DNA of 56,047 nt from Anaerolineae bacterium (GCA_021162655.1 JAGGYI010000138.1:1-56047); one strand, 5' to 3'; positions 1-9,145 are shown, counted from the stretch's first letter. The notes: generated by a model not told the origin, from the sequence alone. A program made the numbers and translations.

Positions 1-306
1 CACCAGCACATTCAGCACCCCGGCCAATACCGAGAGCCCCCGCAAAATGGCCTCACTCTCACCCAGAGAAACCCAAAAGTGGAGCAAAATATAGTAAAGA
101 GGTGGATGAATATCCAGAGCCGTCCAGTGGACGAGTGTGGGGATATCCATACGCGCTAGCATCAAGCTGGTGGCCTCATCTAGCCAGAGAGATTCTCTCC
201 CCAGGCCATAGAGGCGCACCCCCACAGCGAAAATCAGGCTCGCCACCAGGGCGAGCCCATCGATCGCTTTCCAGTTCCTTACCACAGCCCTGGGCTCCTG
301 GTCCAT
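1..306 (-). CDS. GT-C glycosyltransferase, family 39 / ArnT-PMT-like, N-terminal 102 codons (continues past left window edge)
   Basis: My own translation of the minus strand from ATG 306 gives MDQEPRAVVRNWKAIDGLALVASLIFAVGVRLYGLGRESLWLDEATSLMLARMDIPTLVHWTALDIHPPLYYILLHFWVSLGESEAILRGLSVLAGVLNVLV. It has a hydrophobic N-terminus and a DEA...HPPLYY loop typical of ArnT/PMT_2-type enzymes. GGTGAGG lies about 5 nt upstream. It is absent from the ORF track because it has no stop codon in the window. Confidence 0.55.
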   Translation of the reverse strand, partial: MDQEPRAVVRNWKAIDGLALVASLIFAVGVRLYGLGRESLWLDEATSLMLARMDIPTLVHWTALDIHPPLYYILLHFWVSLGESEAILRGLSVLAGVLNVLV

Positions 307-313
307 TGCTACC

Positions 314-1321
314 TCACCGCTGCTCTAAGGGGGCATTGCCCTGAGCAGTAGTCCAGCTTGGCTTCCACCAGGCCCACTCGACGCATTTGCCACAAGAGGG
401 CACGTCATCCAGATCATGGTTGATATGCTTGAGGCGCAAACGAGTCATCTCAGGGCCTAGCCAAGCCTTCATCACGCCATCGCGCACATTGCCCAGAGGA
501 TAGCGGGCATCGAAATCCCGATCACAACAGACTAACGTGCCATCCCAATAGATGTGCACATGATACCAAAGGTTCGGGCAAGGATAACGAGGAGGAAGGT
601 TCAATTCTTCCTCCGGTCTCAGGGAGCTGATATCGGGGATCTGGTTTCCCCAAGAGTCGAATGCCTTGACGTTGATCTTGTCCACTCCTGGAATGTTCCA
701 CATCTTTTTGAAATCCTCGATTTGGCTCGCCGTTGGCGCCAGTTCGATGATCTGCACTCGGGTGAGAGGGCGCTCATAGCCTCCTTTGACACGCAGCTCG
801 AGAAATTTGAGAATGTTCTCTTTTGTCTGTTCAAAGCTGGCCTCTCGGCGCACCTTCTCATACGTCTCAGGAGTCACACCATCCATACAAAGGTAAATAG
901 TTCCCAGCCCCGCATCGAGGATAGCCTGGCTGAGCTCAGGAGTGAGCAAGGTAGCATTCGTCGAGATCTCGGCATGAAGGCCATGTTCCCGGGTGTAGGC
1001 AATCATGTCGATGATCTTGGGATGCAAAAGAGGCTCCCCCCAGATGTGCAACGTCGTCATACTTACGTGAGGGGCCATCTCATCCACGATCTGCCGAAAG
1101 AGATCCCAATCCATAAAGCCCTTCTTGCGCTTGGAAATACCTCTCCCGATAGGGCACATAATGCAACGCAGATTGCAGACGTTGGTCGATTCGAGATACA
1201 TCCGGTCAGGATAGGCCCAAGGGCGAGGATTCCTTAGAGCATAGTTCAGATATCGCCAGGCCAAGCCTGCCTTACGCTGATAACGCCGCAGCCGCCGCTC
1301 TATTTTTTTCACTAGTTCCAC
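314..1321 (-). CDS. radical SAM protein with C-terminal SPASM/twitch-like Cys-rich domain
   Basis: 335-aa ORF. CxxxCxxC motif (NVCNLRCIMCP). C-terminal Cys-rich region (CPNLW..LVCCDRDF..PSCGKCVEW). The GTG start at 1321 overlaps the upstream stop by 10 nt. Confidence 0.85.
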   Translation of the reverse strand: MELVKKIERRLRRYQRKAGLAWRYLNYALRNPRPWAYPDRMYLESTNVCNLRCIMCPIGRGISKRKKGFMDWDLFRQIVDEMAPHVSMTTLHIWGEPLLHPKIIDMIAYTREHGLHAEISTNATLLTPELSQAILDAGLGTIYLCMDGVTPETYEKVRREASFEQTKENILKFLELRVKGGYERPLTRVQIIELAPTASQIEDFKKMWNIPGVDKINVKAFDSWGNQIPDISSLRPEEELNLPPRYPCPNLWYHVHIYWDGTLVCCDRDFDARYPLGNVRDGVMKAWLGPEMTRLRLKHINHDLDDVPSCGKCVEWAWWKPSWTTAQGNAPLEQR

Positions 1322-2817
1322 TTGGTCGAATATTCCTCTCGAAAGCTGTACTCTCCCAGATGGGTCAGCTCACGGAGACGCCGCAGGAGAGGGGTCTGAA
1401 GAAGCCAATGCCCAAGCTTGCGCAGAGGCCGCACGGTCGAGAGGGCATAGAGAAACCCTCCCCACACTGGCCCTAGCGCACGAATATATTTACGTCGGCG
1501 CTTTGACTCTTGAAAGCGCCGCTGAGCCTCCAAAGCAAGTTGCGCTAGGCGCTCGTCCGAAACCTCAGAGACGTTCAAAAAAGGTTCTATCATCTGGTCA
1601 TAACGCGCATAGTAAAAAGCCCGCGAGAAATCCTGGTTGAACTCGATCTCGGGGTTCTTGGCCACGAGCTCCTCCCACATGCGCGTGCCCGGAAAGGGCG
1701 TCGTAATGCTGAACATTGCCTGATCCAATTCTAGCTCGGTGGCCAAACGGATCGTCTGCTCCATCGTCTCCTCAGTATCTCCGGGGAGGCCGAGCATGAA
1801 ATACCCTTTTACCATGATCCCCGCATCCACCGTCCAGCGGACGGCCTGGCGCACCTGCTCCAGGGTAATGCGCTTGCCAATGCGTTTAAGCATCTCGGGG
1901 TTGCCCGACTCGATACCATAGTGCACTTCGCGGCAACCCGCCCGATACATCTGGCGAAGAAGATCAGGCGTCACCCGATCCACACGAGCCAGGCATTGCC
2001 AACGGATATCCAGCCTCTCCTCGATAATCTGGCTCGTCAGAGCCTGGAGGCGCCGCCGATTCAACGTAAAAAGATCATCGATAAAATAAAAATAACGATA
2101 CCCATAGGTGGTCATCAGATGGCGGATCTCGGCGATCACATTCTCTGGGCTACGCTGCCGATAGGTGCGCCCCACGATCCCCTTGAAACAATAACTGCAG
2201 TTGTAAGGGCACCCCCGACTGGAGAGAAGGGTAACCATCCGCTCCCCATTAGAGGCATAAAGAGGATAGCGCGAAAGCTCAAAAAGATGCCGGGCCGGGA
2301 AGGGGAGCGCGTCCAAATCCTTAATTAAAGGACGAGCAGGAGTGCAGACCACCTCACCATCCACCGCAAAACAGAGCCCGCGAATCCCCTTTAGCGTCTC
2401 CAGAGAGGGCCTGGGGCCCTCGGCTACAAGAGCCCGCACCAGTTCGCGCAGGGTCTCCTCTCCCTCGCCATAGACCAGGTAATCGATGTTGGGATTTTTG
2501 GGGAGGCGGGTGGGGAACACCGTCGCATGAGGGCCTCCAAGAACGATCGGCACCCCCAAGCGTTCCTTGAGAAGGGCGATCGTGCGCTCCGCACTGTGAT
2601 AGTTGTTCGTCATCGCTGTCACCCCAATGAGATCCGGCGCGTAAGCAGCGATGCGCTCCACATCCTTCTCAAGAGGGGTTTCAGGTTCAAGGCCCAAGTC
2701 AAAAATGGCTGCCGTATGTCCCTCTTCTTCCATTACGGCAGCCAGATAGCCCAACCCCAGAGGGGGATAGCTATTTACCAAAGCGTTCCACTTGGGGGAG
2801 ATAAAAGCGATACGCAT
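1312..2817 (-). CDS. B12-binding (class B) radical SAM protein
   Basis: 501-aa ORF. N-terminal cobalamin-binding-type Rossmann segment (MRIAFISPKW..PPLGLGYLAAV..). Radical SAM motif SSRGCPYNCSYCF. ATG at 2817. Confidence 0.85.
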   Translation of the reverse strand: MRIAFISPKWNALVNSYPPLGLGYLAAVMEEEGHTAAIFDLGLEPETPLEKDVERIAAYAPDLIGVTAMTNNYHSAERTIALLKERLGVPIVLGGPHATVFPTRLPKNPNIDYLVYGEGEETLRELVRALVAEGPRPSLETLKGIRGLCFAVDGEVVCTPARPLIKDLDALPFPARHLFELSRYPLYASNGERMVTLLSSRGCPYNCSYCFKGIVGRTYRQRSPENVIAEIRHLMTTYGYRYFYFIDDLFTLNRRRLQALTSQIIEERLDIRWQCLARVDRVTPDLLRQMYRAGCREVHYGIESGNPEMLKRIGKRITLEQVRQAVRWTVDAGIMVKGYFMLGLPGDTEETMEQTIRLATELELDQAMFSITTPFPGTRMWEELVAKNPEIEFNQDFSRAFYYARYDQMIEPFLNVSEVSDERLAQLALEAQRRFQESKRRRKYIRALGPVWGGFLYALSTVRPLRKLGHWLLQTPLLRRLRELTHLGEYSFREEYSTKWN

Positions 2818-2921
2818 AATTTATCATAAGCCATCCGCAAAGAGATTTCAAATAACTTTTATACGCAAATCCGCCAGAGGCGCAAAAAGACCCTTTCAAA
2901 GCAAAACTTGCAGGTTACCCT

Positions 2922-3371
2922 CTAGCGGACGCTATGCTTATAAGAGCAGTTGGCAGCTTTGAGAATCTGGCGGACACGCTCGTGGCTGATGCGATCGACG
3001 ATCCGTCGACGCTGGGCCTGTTCGGCAAGCTTGTGCAACGTCCAGGAGGTGAAGTTGAGCCCTAGCTCCCTAGGTCTCGTCTTGGCCAGTGCAATGATCT
3101 GAGCTCGTTGTTCTGGAGTGATCCGTGGTTTGGCTCCTCCAGAACGCACGGTAATAAGGCCTTCACATCCCCGCTCGTTGAACCGATGGATCCATTTGCG
3201 CAAGTTAGCAGGATGGGCCCCCAAGATCCGCCCGATCTCGGGAACGCGATAGCCCTCTGCCGAAAGAAGCACCACCTTCGCTCGCCGACTCAAATCCTCA
3301 TCAGCCGAACGCGCCCACTGCTCCAATGTGAGTTTTTCCTTCTGATCGAGTTCCCGGACATACAGAACCAT
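2922..3371 (-). CDS. IS630/Tc1-mariner-type transposase N-terminal HTH domains only (no DDE domain); orphan or remnant
   Basis: ORF-track 2922..3464 trimmed to ATG 3371 (MVLYVRELDQKEK..). Two HTH/winged-helix segments (RRAKVVLLSAEGYRVPEIGRILGAHPANLRKWIHRFNERG; LGLNFTSWTLHKLAE). The ORF stops before any catalytic domain, and only 104 nt remain before the next gene. Confidence 0.6.
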   Translation of the reverse strand: MVLYVRELDQKEKLTLEQWARSADEDLSRRAKVVLLSAEGYRVPEIGRILGAHPANLRKWIHRFNERGCEGLITVRSGGAKPRITPEQRAQIIALAKTRPRELGLNFTSWTLHKLAEQAQRRRIVDRISHERVRQILKAANCSYKHSVR

Positions 3372-3572
3372 AGTTCCCCAGCAAAATCCCCTTTCCGTAT
3401 ATGCTAGACAACAAGGTACCCCCTCTGTACACCTCTTTATCATAGCCCCATCAAATGAACCCAAGATGAACTGCCCAAGAGAGGCAACTTACAATTTGTT
3501 CATATAACATCTTTTTCAAGGAACGAGTGAACCTTTCCGTCCTCTCCCGCCGGTCTACCAATTCGCCAAAGC

Positions 3573-3607
3573 AAAAAAACTCGCCCAAGGGTTCATCCTT
3601 GGGCGAG
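3573..3607 (-). terminator. rho-independent terminator after the sugar transferase gene
   Basis: Perfect 11-bp stem CTCGCCCAAGG (3580..3590) / CCTTGGGCGAG (3597..3607) with a 6-nt loop. The A7 run at 3573..3579 on plus gives a U-tract on the minus transcript. It lies 27 nt downstream of the stop at 3634. Confidence 0.75.
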
Positions 3608-3633
3608 GGCCAAGCTTTAGAAGGAGGGAAAAC

Positions 3634-4323
3634 TCACCAAGCTCCATCTGCCGAAAGAATGGCAGGCAACGTCTTGAGCAGAATCTTGAGATCGAACCAA
3701 AAAGAGCGCTTCTGCAAGTACTCAATATCGAGCCGGACCATCTCCTCAAATGTAAGGGTCGTGCGCCCACTGACCTGCCAAAGGCCTGTCAACCCCGCCT
3801 GAGGGATGAGCCGCTGGCGGTGAAAGGCGTCATACTGCTCCACCTCGTAAGGCAACGCCGGCCGCGGCCCCACCAAACTCATATCTCCCTTGAGCACATT
3901 GTAGAGCTGGGGCAACTCATCCAAACTCGTCCGCCGAAGCAAACGCCCCACTCGCGTCACCCGAGGGTCATTGCGCATTTTATAAAGGGGCTTGTGAGAA
4001 TCGCCATTGTTGATCTTTTGCGTATTCCCATTGATGTACTCGAGCACATAACGTCGGTGAAGGCTTTGATCTGCATCCACGTACATCGAGCGGAACTTGT
4101 AGAAATCAAAGACATTGCGCTCCGGGTGGGGATCATTGGGGTCCTGGCCTCCACGCACCCGCTTTTGCACAAAGATCACCGGGCCCGGAGAATCCAGCTT
4201 GATGGCAATGGCAATAATGAGAAAAAGAGGAGCAAGCAAAACAAGAGCGACCGCAGATAATGTGATATCTAACAGTCGCTTAGCGACAAGATATCCCACT
4301 CGAGAAGGCTCAGCGTAATCCAT
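3634..4323 (-). CDS. polyprenyl-phosphate sugar phosphotransferase (bacterial sugar transferase family, WbaP/EpsL/WcaJ-like)
   Basis: Trimmed to ATG 4323 (MDYAEPSRVGYLVAKRLLDITLS..). One TM helix followed by the conserved domain (DSPGPVIFVQKRV..YKFRSM..DELPQLYNVLKGDMSLVGPRP). Confidence 0.85.
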   Translation of the reverse strand: MDYAEPSRVGYLVAKRLLDITLSAVALVLLAPLFLIIAIAIKLDSPGPVIFVQKRVRGGQDPNDPHPERNVFDFYKFRSMYVDADQSLHRRYVLEYINGNTQKINNGDSHKPLYKMRNDPRVTRVGRLLRRTSLDELPQLYNVLKGDMSLVGPRPALPYEVEQYDAFHRQRLIPQAGLTGLWQVSGRTTLTFEEMVRLDIEYLQKRSFWFDLKILLKTLPAILSADGAW

Positions 4324-4472
4324 AGTCCGCGATGCCGATCCGGGATGAATGACTTCGCCGATGCCCACTCTTTTCCCCCCTTGACAAAGATGCAACATGC
4401 CTTCATCTGAGGATTCTAGGCCGCCAAGATGAAAGCAAGATGAAAAGAGGGGCTATCTCAATGAAAGTTTAT

Positions 4473-7313
4473 CTATCTTTCTGACTTGCGCAGGGCAGGG
4501 TCCAGCCAACGCCGTGCCAAATTGGGCAAGGAAGCCAAGGGCCCCTGCCGAGCCGTACAAGGGGGGAGGGAACGCAGAATGGCCTTGCCGTAGGACTTGG
4601 TCAACAAACGCTTATCGAGCACAACCACCAAGCCGTAATCATCGCGGCTGCGGATGAGCCGCCCAAAGCCCTGACGAAAGCGAAGGATCGCCTCGGGCAG
4701 ATAGAACTCGTTGAAAGGATCCTCGAACGTCTCGGCGCGCGCTGCAAAGACGGGATCCGTCGGTACAGAGAAAGGCAAACGCACAATGACCAGGCAGACG
4801 AGGGCCTCACCAACGACGTCGATCCCCTCCCAAAAGCTCCGCGTGCCCATCAACACAGAACGAGGAGTATGCCGAAAGCTTTCCAGTAGCTGCCGCCGAG
4901 AACCATCGATCCCTTGAGCAAAGACGACGATCTCTTCTCTCTCCAAAGCGGAACGAATAGCGTAATAGGTAGAGTAAAGCTGGCTGTTGGAGGTAAAGAG
5001 GACCAGGGTCCGCCCCTCTGTCGCCCGGCAGAGGTCTATCAACGCCCTCTCGACGCTTTTCTGGTAAAAGGGCTGGTTGGGCTCAGGGATATCTCTGGGC
5101 ACGTAAAGTAAAACGGCGCTTTGAAAGTCAAAAGGCGAATCCAAAGCCAGCTCCAAAGCATCCTCTATTCCCAGTCGCTCCTTGATAAAGCGAAAATCCC
5201 CGCCTGCTTGCAAGGTGGCCGAGGTAAGCACCACACAGTCCTTTTCGCCAAAAAGCCGCTCCGCCAAGGTCGGCCCCACGTGAAGGGGAGCACTGTGCAG
5301 GGTAATCTCTTGGGTTCGACGCGAAAGGGAGATCCAATAGATACCTTCCGGCTCCGGAGAGAGAAGGATCTGTTCAATCCCCTCCCAAATCGCCAGCCCC
5401 TGTTGAAGCCGGGCTCGCAGCTCTTGGGCCAATTCGTCGCGCTCACTATTCTCCCCAGGGAGCCCCTCTAAATAGGTGAGCAACCTCTCTATCCCCTGGA
5501 GCACCTGGCGCATGGGAACCAGTAAATTCTCGGCTGCAACCTCAATAGTGGACCAAATAGGCTGTGTCCTTACTCCGCCAGTCAAGCGGATGTGCCGTTC
5601 ATAGGCCTGGGAAGCGTTGCCCCGCTCCTGAGCGTATGCCTCAACAAAACTTTCCAATTGAGTGAACAGCTCATAGAGCCGCCGCTCAGCGGTATCGAGC
5701 TGGGCCCGTACCTTTTGCGTGAGGCCAAGAACCGCATGCTGGGCTAGGCGGCTCACCCCAGGGCGTTGAAAGAGCCCTGGCAGCTCCGCCAACAAACCAC
5801 CCGGCACACCCTCACGCTCGTGGTAAAGGCTGGAAAAGAAAGCATAAATCCCCTGACGCCCCAGCTCAAGGCCAAATTGATTCGTCGCCTGCTCTTCCAG
5901 ATGGTGCGCCTCATCGATGACAAGATATCGGTACTCGGGCAAAATCCGGCTCTCCAGGGCGAGATCCGAGAGAAGCAGGGCATGGTTCACAACGATAAGG
6001 TGAGCCCGTTCCGCCCGGGCCCGCGCTCGGAAAAAGAAACACTGCCCCGATTGGTAATAAGGGCACAGATCCCCCAGGCACGTCTCAGAGCTACCCCCAA
6101 GCCGTGCCCAGACCTGGTTCTCAGCATTAATCAAGAGAAGCTCTGCACGATCGCCCGTCCGCGTGGAAGAAAGCCATACCAGTACCTTGGCCAAAACCCG
6201 AGCTTCTTCCGTCGAGAGACGAGGGGAACGCCGCAGAGCCTCCAGGCGCCGCAAGCAGAGGTAGTTGCCCCTTCCCTTGAGCAAAGCCGCTTGGAAGGAA
6301 AAAGGCAGAATGCGCTGAATATCGGGGATATCCTTGCCAAAAAGCTGATCTTGGAGATTGATTGTATTCGAAGAGATCACCACGCGTTGGCCATTCCGCA
6401 CGGCGAAATAGATGGCTGGGAGTAGATAGGCCAACGACTTGCCCGTGCCTGTACCTGCCTCCACCAAGAGATGGGCGGGCAAATTAAAGGCCTCTGCCAC
6501 GGCCCTGAGCATCTCGACCTGCTGTTCCCGATACTCGTACCCTGGGAAACGCCGAGCAAAAAGCCCCCCAGGAGAGATCAAGGCAGCAAGCTCCTCAACG
6601 TCAAGCGGCTCTGGGGGCTCTTTGGGCTTTAGGGGAGGCAATTCTTCCTCTTCCACAGGAGGAGGCAGAACACGGCCCCGCCCCGACGTATGAGAAGCAA
6701 AAACCGTTCCCCCTTTGTCAGCTTGGCGCTCTACTAGGGCCTGGCGAAAGATATCCGCCAAAGGCCAGTCGCTCACCTGGGCCAGATAAGCAAGCTCCTC
6801 CAAAAGGGAGTCATCCCATCGTCGAATGCGCTCCCAAAGGGCCAGAAAGAGCTCCTTCGTTGCCAAAGCATCATCCAGTGCCCGGTGCTGGCGCGCCTGG
6901 GCCAAACCTAAATGTTGGATAAGGTTCGCCAAGGAGTAGCGCCTGGCCCCCGGCAAGACAATGGTTGCAAGCTCGAACGTATCGATGTAAAGGTTCTGCA
7001 GAGGGAGCCCTTCTCGCTGAAGAAAGCCTAAATCCACCTCGATATTATGCCCCACGAGAGGATAGTTCCCAACAAAGCGGAGAATCTCTCCACGCAGTTC
7101 CTCCAGAGAGGGGGCCCTATCCAACTCCCTTTGTGTGATGCCTCCTAGCTGCTGCACTTTGTAGGGAAGATGGCGATGGGCATTGACAAGGCTAGAGAAA
7201 CGCTCGATCTCTTCCTCACCTCGAAACTTGACCATCCCTATCTCGATAATGCGATCATGAAGAGGATCGAGCCCAGTGAACTCGAGATCAATCGCTACAA
7301 AGGTCTTGGACAT
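4473..7313 (-). CDS. dinG: DinG-family protein: N-terminal DEDD 3'-5' exonuclease fused to XPD/DinG-type SF2 helicase
   Basis: Trimmed to ATG 7313 (MSKTFVAIDLEFTGLDP..HNIEVDLGFL..ALDDA). Walker A AGTGTGKS. Four-Cys region (NYLCLRRL..ETCLGDLCPYYQSGQC). DEAH box VIDEAHHLEE. C-terminal helicase motifs (GTRSFWEGIDV..RLIRS). Confidence 0.85.
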   Translation of the reverse strand: MSKTFVAIDLEFTGLDPLHDRIIEIGMVKFRGEEEIERFSSLVNAHRHLPYKVQQLGGITQRELDRAPSLEELRGEILRFVGNYPLVGHNIEVDLGFLQREGLPLQNLYIDTFELATIVLPGARRYSLANLIQHLGLAQARQHRALDDALATKELFLALWERIRRWDDSLLEELAYLAQVSDWPLADIFRQALVERQADKGGTVFASHTSGRGRVLPPPVEEEELPPLKPKEPPEPLDVEELAALISPGGLFARRFPGYEYREQQVEMLRAVAEAFNLPAHLLVEAGTGTGKSLAYLLPAIYFAVRNGQRVVISSNTINLQDQLFGKDIPDIQRILPFSFQAALLKGRGNYLCLRRLEALRRSPRLSTEEARVLAKVLVWLSSTRTGDRAELLLINAENQVWARLGGSSETCLGDLCPYYQSGQCFFFRARARAERAHLIVVNHALLLSDLALESRILPEYRYLVIDEAHHLEEQATNQFGLELGRQGIYAFFSSLYHEREGVPGGLLAELPGLFQRPGVSRLAQHAVLGLTQKVRAQLDTAERRLYELFTQLESFVEAYAQERGNASQAYERHIRLTGGVRTQPIWSTIEVAAENLLVPMRQVLQGIERLLTYLEGLPGENSERDELAQELRARLQQGLAIWEGIEQILLSPEPEGIYWISLSRRTQEITLHSAPLHVGPTLAERLFGEKDCVVLTSATLQAGGDFRFIKERLGIEDALELALDSPFDFQSAVLLYVPRDIPEPNQPFYQKSVERALIDLCRATEGRTLVLFTSNSQLYSTYYAIRSALEREEIVVFAQGIDGSRRQLLESFRHTPRSVLMGTRSFWEGIDVVGEALVCLVIVRLPFSVPTDPVFAARAETFEDPFNEFYLPEAILRFRQGFGRLIRSRDDYGLVVVLDKRLLTKSYGKAILRSLPPCTARQGPLASLPNLARRWLDPALRKSER

Positions 7314-7532
7314 AAGGCTCCATTCTGCAACATATGAACCGCTCTCCTTTGCATTATACGGACAAAGAGCGACAGTCCAAAGCGCCAATATACAGCAGCT
7401 CGGCACCTGCTAGATTCCCGGTCTCAAAAGACCCTGGCAGAGAGGCCGGTCTCGGAGAGAAGGAAATTCACCAGAGGCGAGGAAAGGTTTTTTGTCCTTC
7501 CGTGGGGGAGCTCACCCCTACGCTCTGCCATT

Positions 7533-7561
7533 TTGACAGCACCACCTTGCCCATGGATACT
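7533..7561 (+). promoter_or_regulatory. candidate sigma-70-type promoter for the HAD genes
   Basis: TTGACA (7533..7538), 17-nt spacer, GATACT (7556..7561). The -35 hexamer coincides with the TTG start used by the ORF track, which argues for the downstream ATG 7596 as the real start. Confidence 0.3.
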
Positions 7562-7595
7562 ATCGAGGCACATTGAATCCGCACAGGTGGAAGCT

Positions 7596-8366
7596 ATGCT
7601 CGAGATTGCAGGCCAACGCATCTCCCCACGGCTCATCGTACTGGATAAGGATGGCACGCTCATTGCCTTTGACGCCATGTGGCACGCCTGGTTTGAGAAG
7701 ATTATCCACGAGATTCAGACCCAGCTTGCCCTCAAGGAGGAAACTTGGCAGGCCCTGGCAGGTACCTTGGGCTTCGATCCCCATTCAGGCGAATGGGACC
7801 CCAAAGGCCCCCTGACGATGGCCGCCACGAGCGAGGTCGCCCTCCTCTTGGCCAGCCAGATCTACCGTTACGAGGGCAAGGACTGGGAGGAAGCCCTAGA
7901 AATTGTTGCCCAAGCAGAGCAACGAGCTCGGGCCCAACTCTTGGAAGAAGACCTCATCCAACCCATCGGCGACATTCAAGGAACACTTGGCCGCCTGCGC
8001 GATGCCGGCATCCTTTTGGCCCTGGCAACCACCGATGATCGCAAGCCTACCGAACGCACTTTGAAAAAGCTTGGCATCGCCCCCCTATTTGCCACAATCG
8101 TCTGCGGAGACGACGGCATCCCCCTCAAGCCGGCCCCGGATATGGCCCAAGAGATCTGCCAACGCCTGGGAATTCCCCCCGAAGAAGCGATGATGGTGGG
8201 GGATACCACAGCGGATCTCATCATGGCCCGGGAGGCTGGGTATCGCTACACAGTGGGGGTCACCTCAGGAGCCCACTCTGCCGAGATGCTCGCTCCCTAT
8301 GCCGACTGGGTCGTCCCCAATATTCACGCCATCCATGTGCTCAAGCAGGGAGAAAAAGCCAAATGA
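7596..8366 (+). CDS. HAD-superfamily hydrolase (phosphoglycolate phosphatase-like subfamily IA)
   Basis: DxDGT motif (IVLDKDGTLI). Motif III/IV MVGDTTADLIMAREAG. The start is uncertain: ATG 7596 (MLEIAG..) is preferred over TTG 7533. Confidence 0.7.
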   Translation: MLEIAGQRISPRLIVLDKDGTLIAFDAMWHAWFEKIIHEIQTQLALKEETWQALAGTLGFDPHSGEWDPKGPLTMAATSEVALLLASQIYRYEGKDWEEALEIVAQAEQRARAQLLEEDLIQPIGDIQGTLGRLRDAGILLALATTDDRKPTERTLKKLGIAPLFATIVCGDDGIPLKPAPDMAQEICQRLGIPPEEAMMVGDTTADLIMAREAGYRYTVGVTSGAHSAEMLAPYADWVVPNIHAIHVLKQGEKAK

Positions 8367-9145
8367 GACGTGGGGAACCTCGCTACCAGGGGTACATCTT
8401 TGATCTCGATGGCACAACCTACCTAGGAGAACGGCTTATCCCAGGGGCAAAAGAGACGATCTCTTGGCTTCGGGCCTCTGGGAGGAGAGTGGTTTTCCTC
8501 TCGAACAAGCCTCTAGAACCCCGCACCAACTATGCAGCCAAGCTCAGCCGTCTAGGCATCCCCACCACGCCAGAAGATGTGATCACCTCTGTCCAAGCTC
8601 TCATCTTCTATCTGCGGCAACATCACCCTGGGGAGCGCCTCTACGTCATCGGGGAGAAACCCCTTCTCGAGGAGCTGCGAGCCGAAGGGTTCGCCCTCAC
8701 CGAGAAAATAGAGGACATCCAGGTCGTTGTCGCCGCCTTTGATCGCACCCTTACCTACGCCAAGCTAAACATCGCCCACCAAGCTCTCGTTCGCGGGGCG
8801 CATTTTGTGGCCACCAATGCCGATCGCACCTGCCCCGTTGAGGGAGGGGCCATCCCCGACTGCGCAGGAGTAATAGCCTTCCTCGAAGCCACTACGGGGC
8901 GTCAAGTAGAATGCATCGCCGGCAAGCCGTCTCCTCTCATCCTAGAAGCAGCCTTGAAGCGACTGGGGGTGGGGAAGGAGGATTGTCTCATGGTTGGGGA
9001 TCGCTTGGCTACCGACATGCGCATGGGCATCTCCGCAGGGATGGACACCGCCCTCGTACTGACAGGAGTCACCTCGCCCGAAGAACTGGCCAAAAGCGAG
9101 CTCAAGCCTACCTACGTCCTCAAGAGCATCGCCGAGGTCCCTTAA
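8363..9145 (+). CDS. HAD-IIA family hydrolase (NagD-like sugar-phosphate/nucleotide phosphatase)
   Basis: YIFDLDGTTYLG, SNKP, GKPSP and MVGDRLATDMRMGISAGMDTALVLTG motifs. ATGA overlap with the upstream HAD gene. Confidence 0.8.
   Translation: MRRGEPRYQGYIFDLDGTTYLGERLIPGAKETISWLRASGRRVVFLSNKPLEPRTNYAAKLSRLGIPTTPEDVITSVQALIFYLRQHHPGERLYVIGEKPLLEELRAEGFALTEKIEDIQVVVAAFDRTLTYAKLNIAHQALVRGAHFVATNADRTCPVEGGAIPDCAGVIAFLEATTGRQVECIAGKPSPLILEAALKRLGVGKEDCLMVGDRLATDMRMGISAGMDTALVLTGVTSPEELAKSELKPTYVLKSIAEVP

Noticed and set aside
102-344. Plus-strand 80-aa ORF at the left edge (Pro/Ser/Gly-rich).
   Set aside because: Its composition is low-complexity, as expected for the antisense of a GC-rich gene. 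The minus strand over the same bases encodes a convincing ArnT/PMT-like N-terminus with an RBS.
554-1237. Long antisense or alternative-frame ORFs overlapping well-supported genes. Examples: 554..1237+, 9953..10684+, 10754..11407+, 11468..12220+, 20173..20970+, 35833..36945+, 40728..41825+, 40826..41671-, 44536..45258+, 54473..55333+, 50735..51232-.
   Set aside because: Each lies opposite to, or out of frame with, a gene carrying clear family motifs. Their products are Arg/Pro/Ser/Gly/His-rich with no motifs and no RBS. These are typical shadow ORFs in high-GC DNA.
2818-2921. A RiPP precursor peptide upstream of the B12 radical SAM gene.
   Set aside because: The 104-nt gap contains only a short out-of-frame ATG ORF that runs into the radical SAM coding region, with no RBS. 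It does contain a plausible promoter (TTGCGC-16-TATAAA on minus).
2818-3572. A complete IS630 element around the HTH ORF.
   Set aside because: No DDE domain appears in any frame. No terminal inverted repeats could be matched between the two flanks by eye. The available space downstream is only 104 nt.
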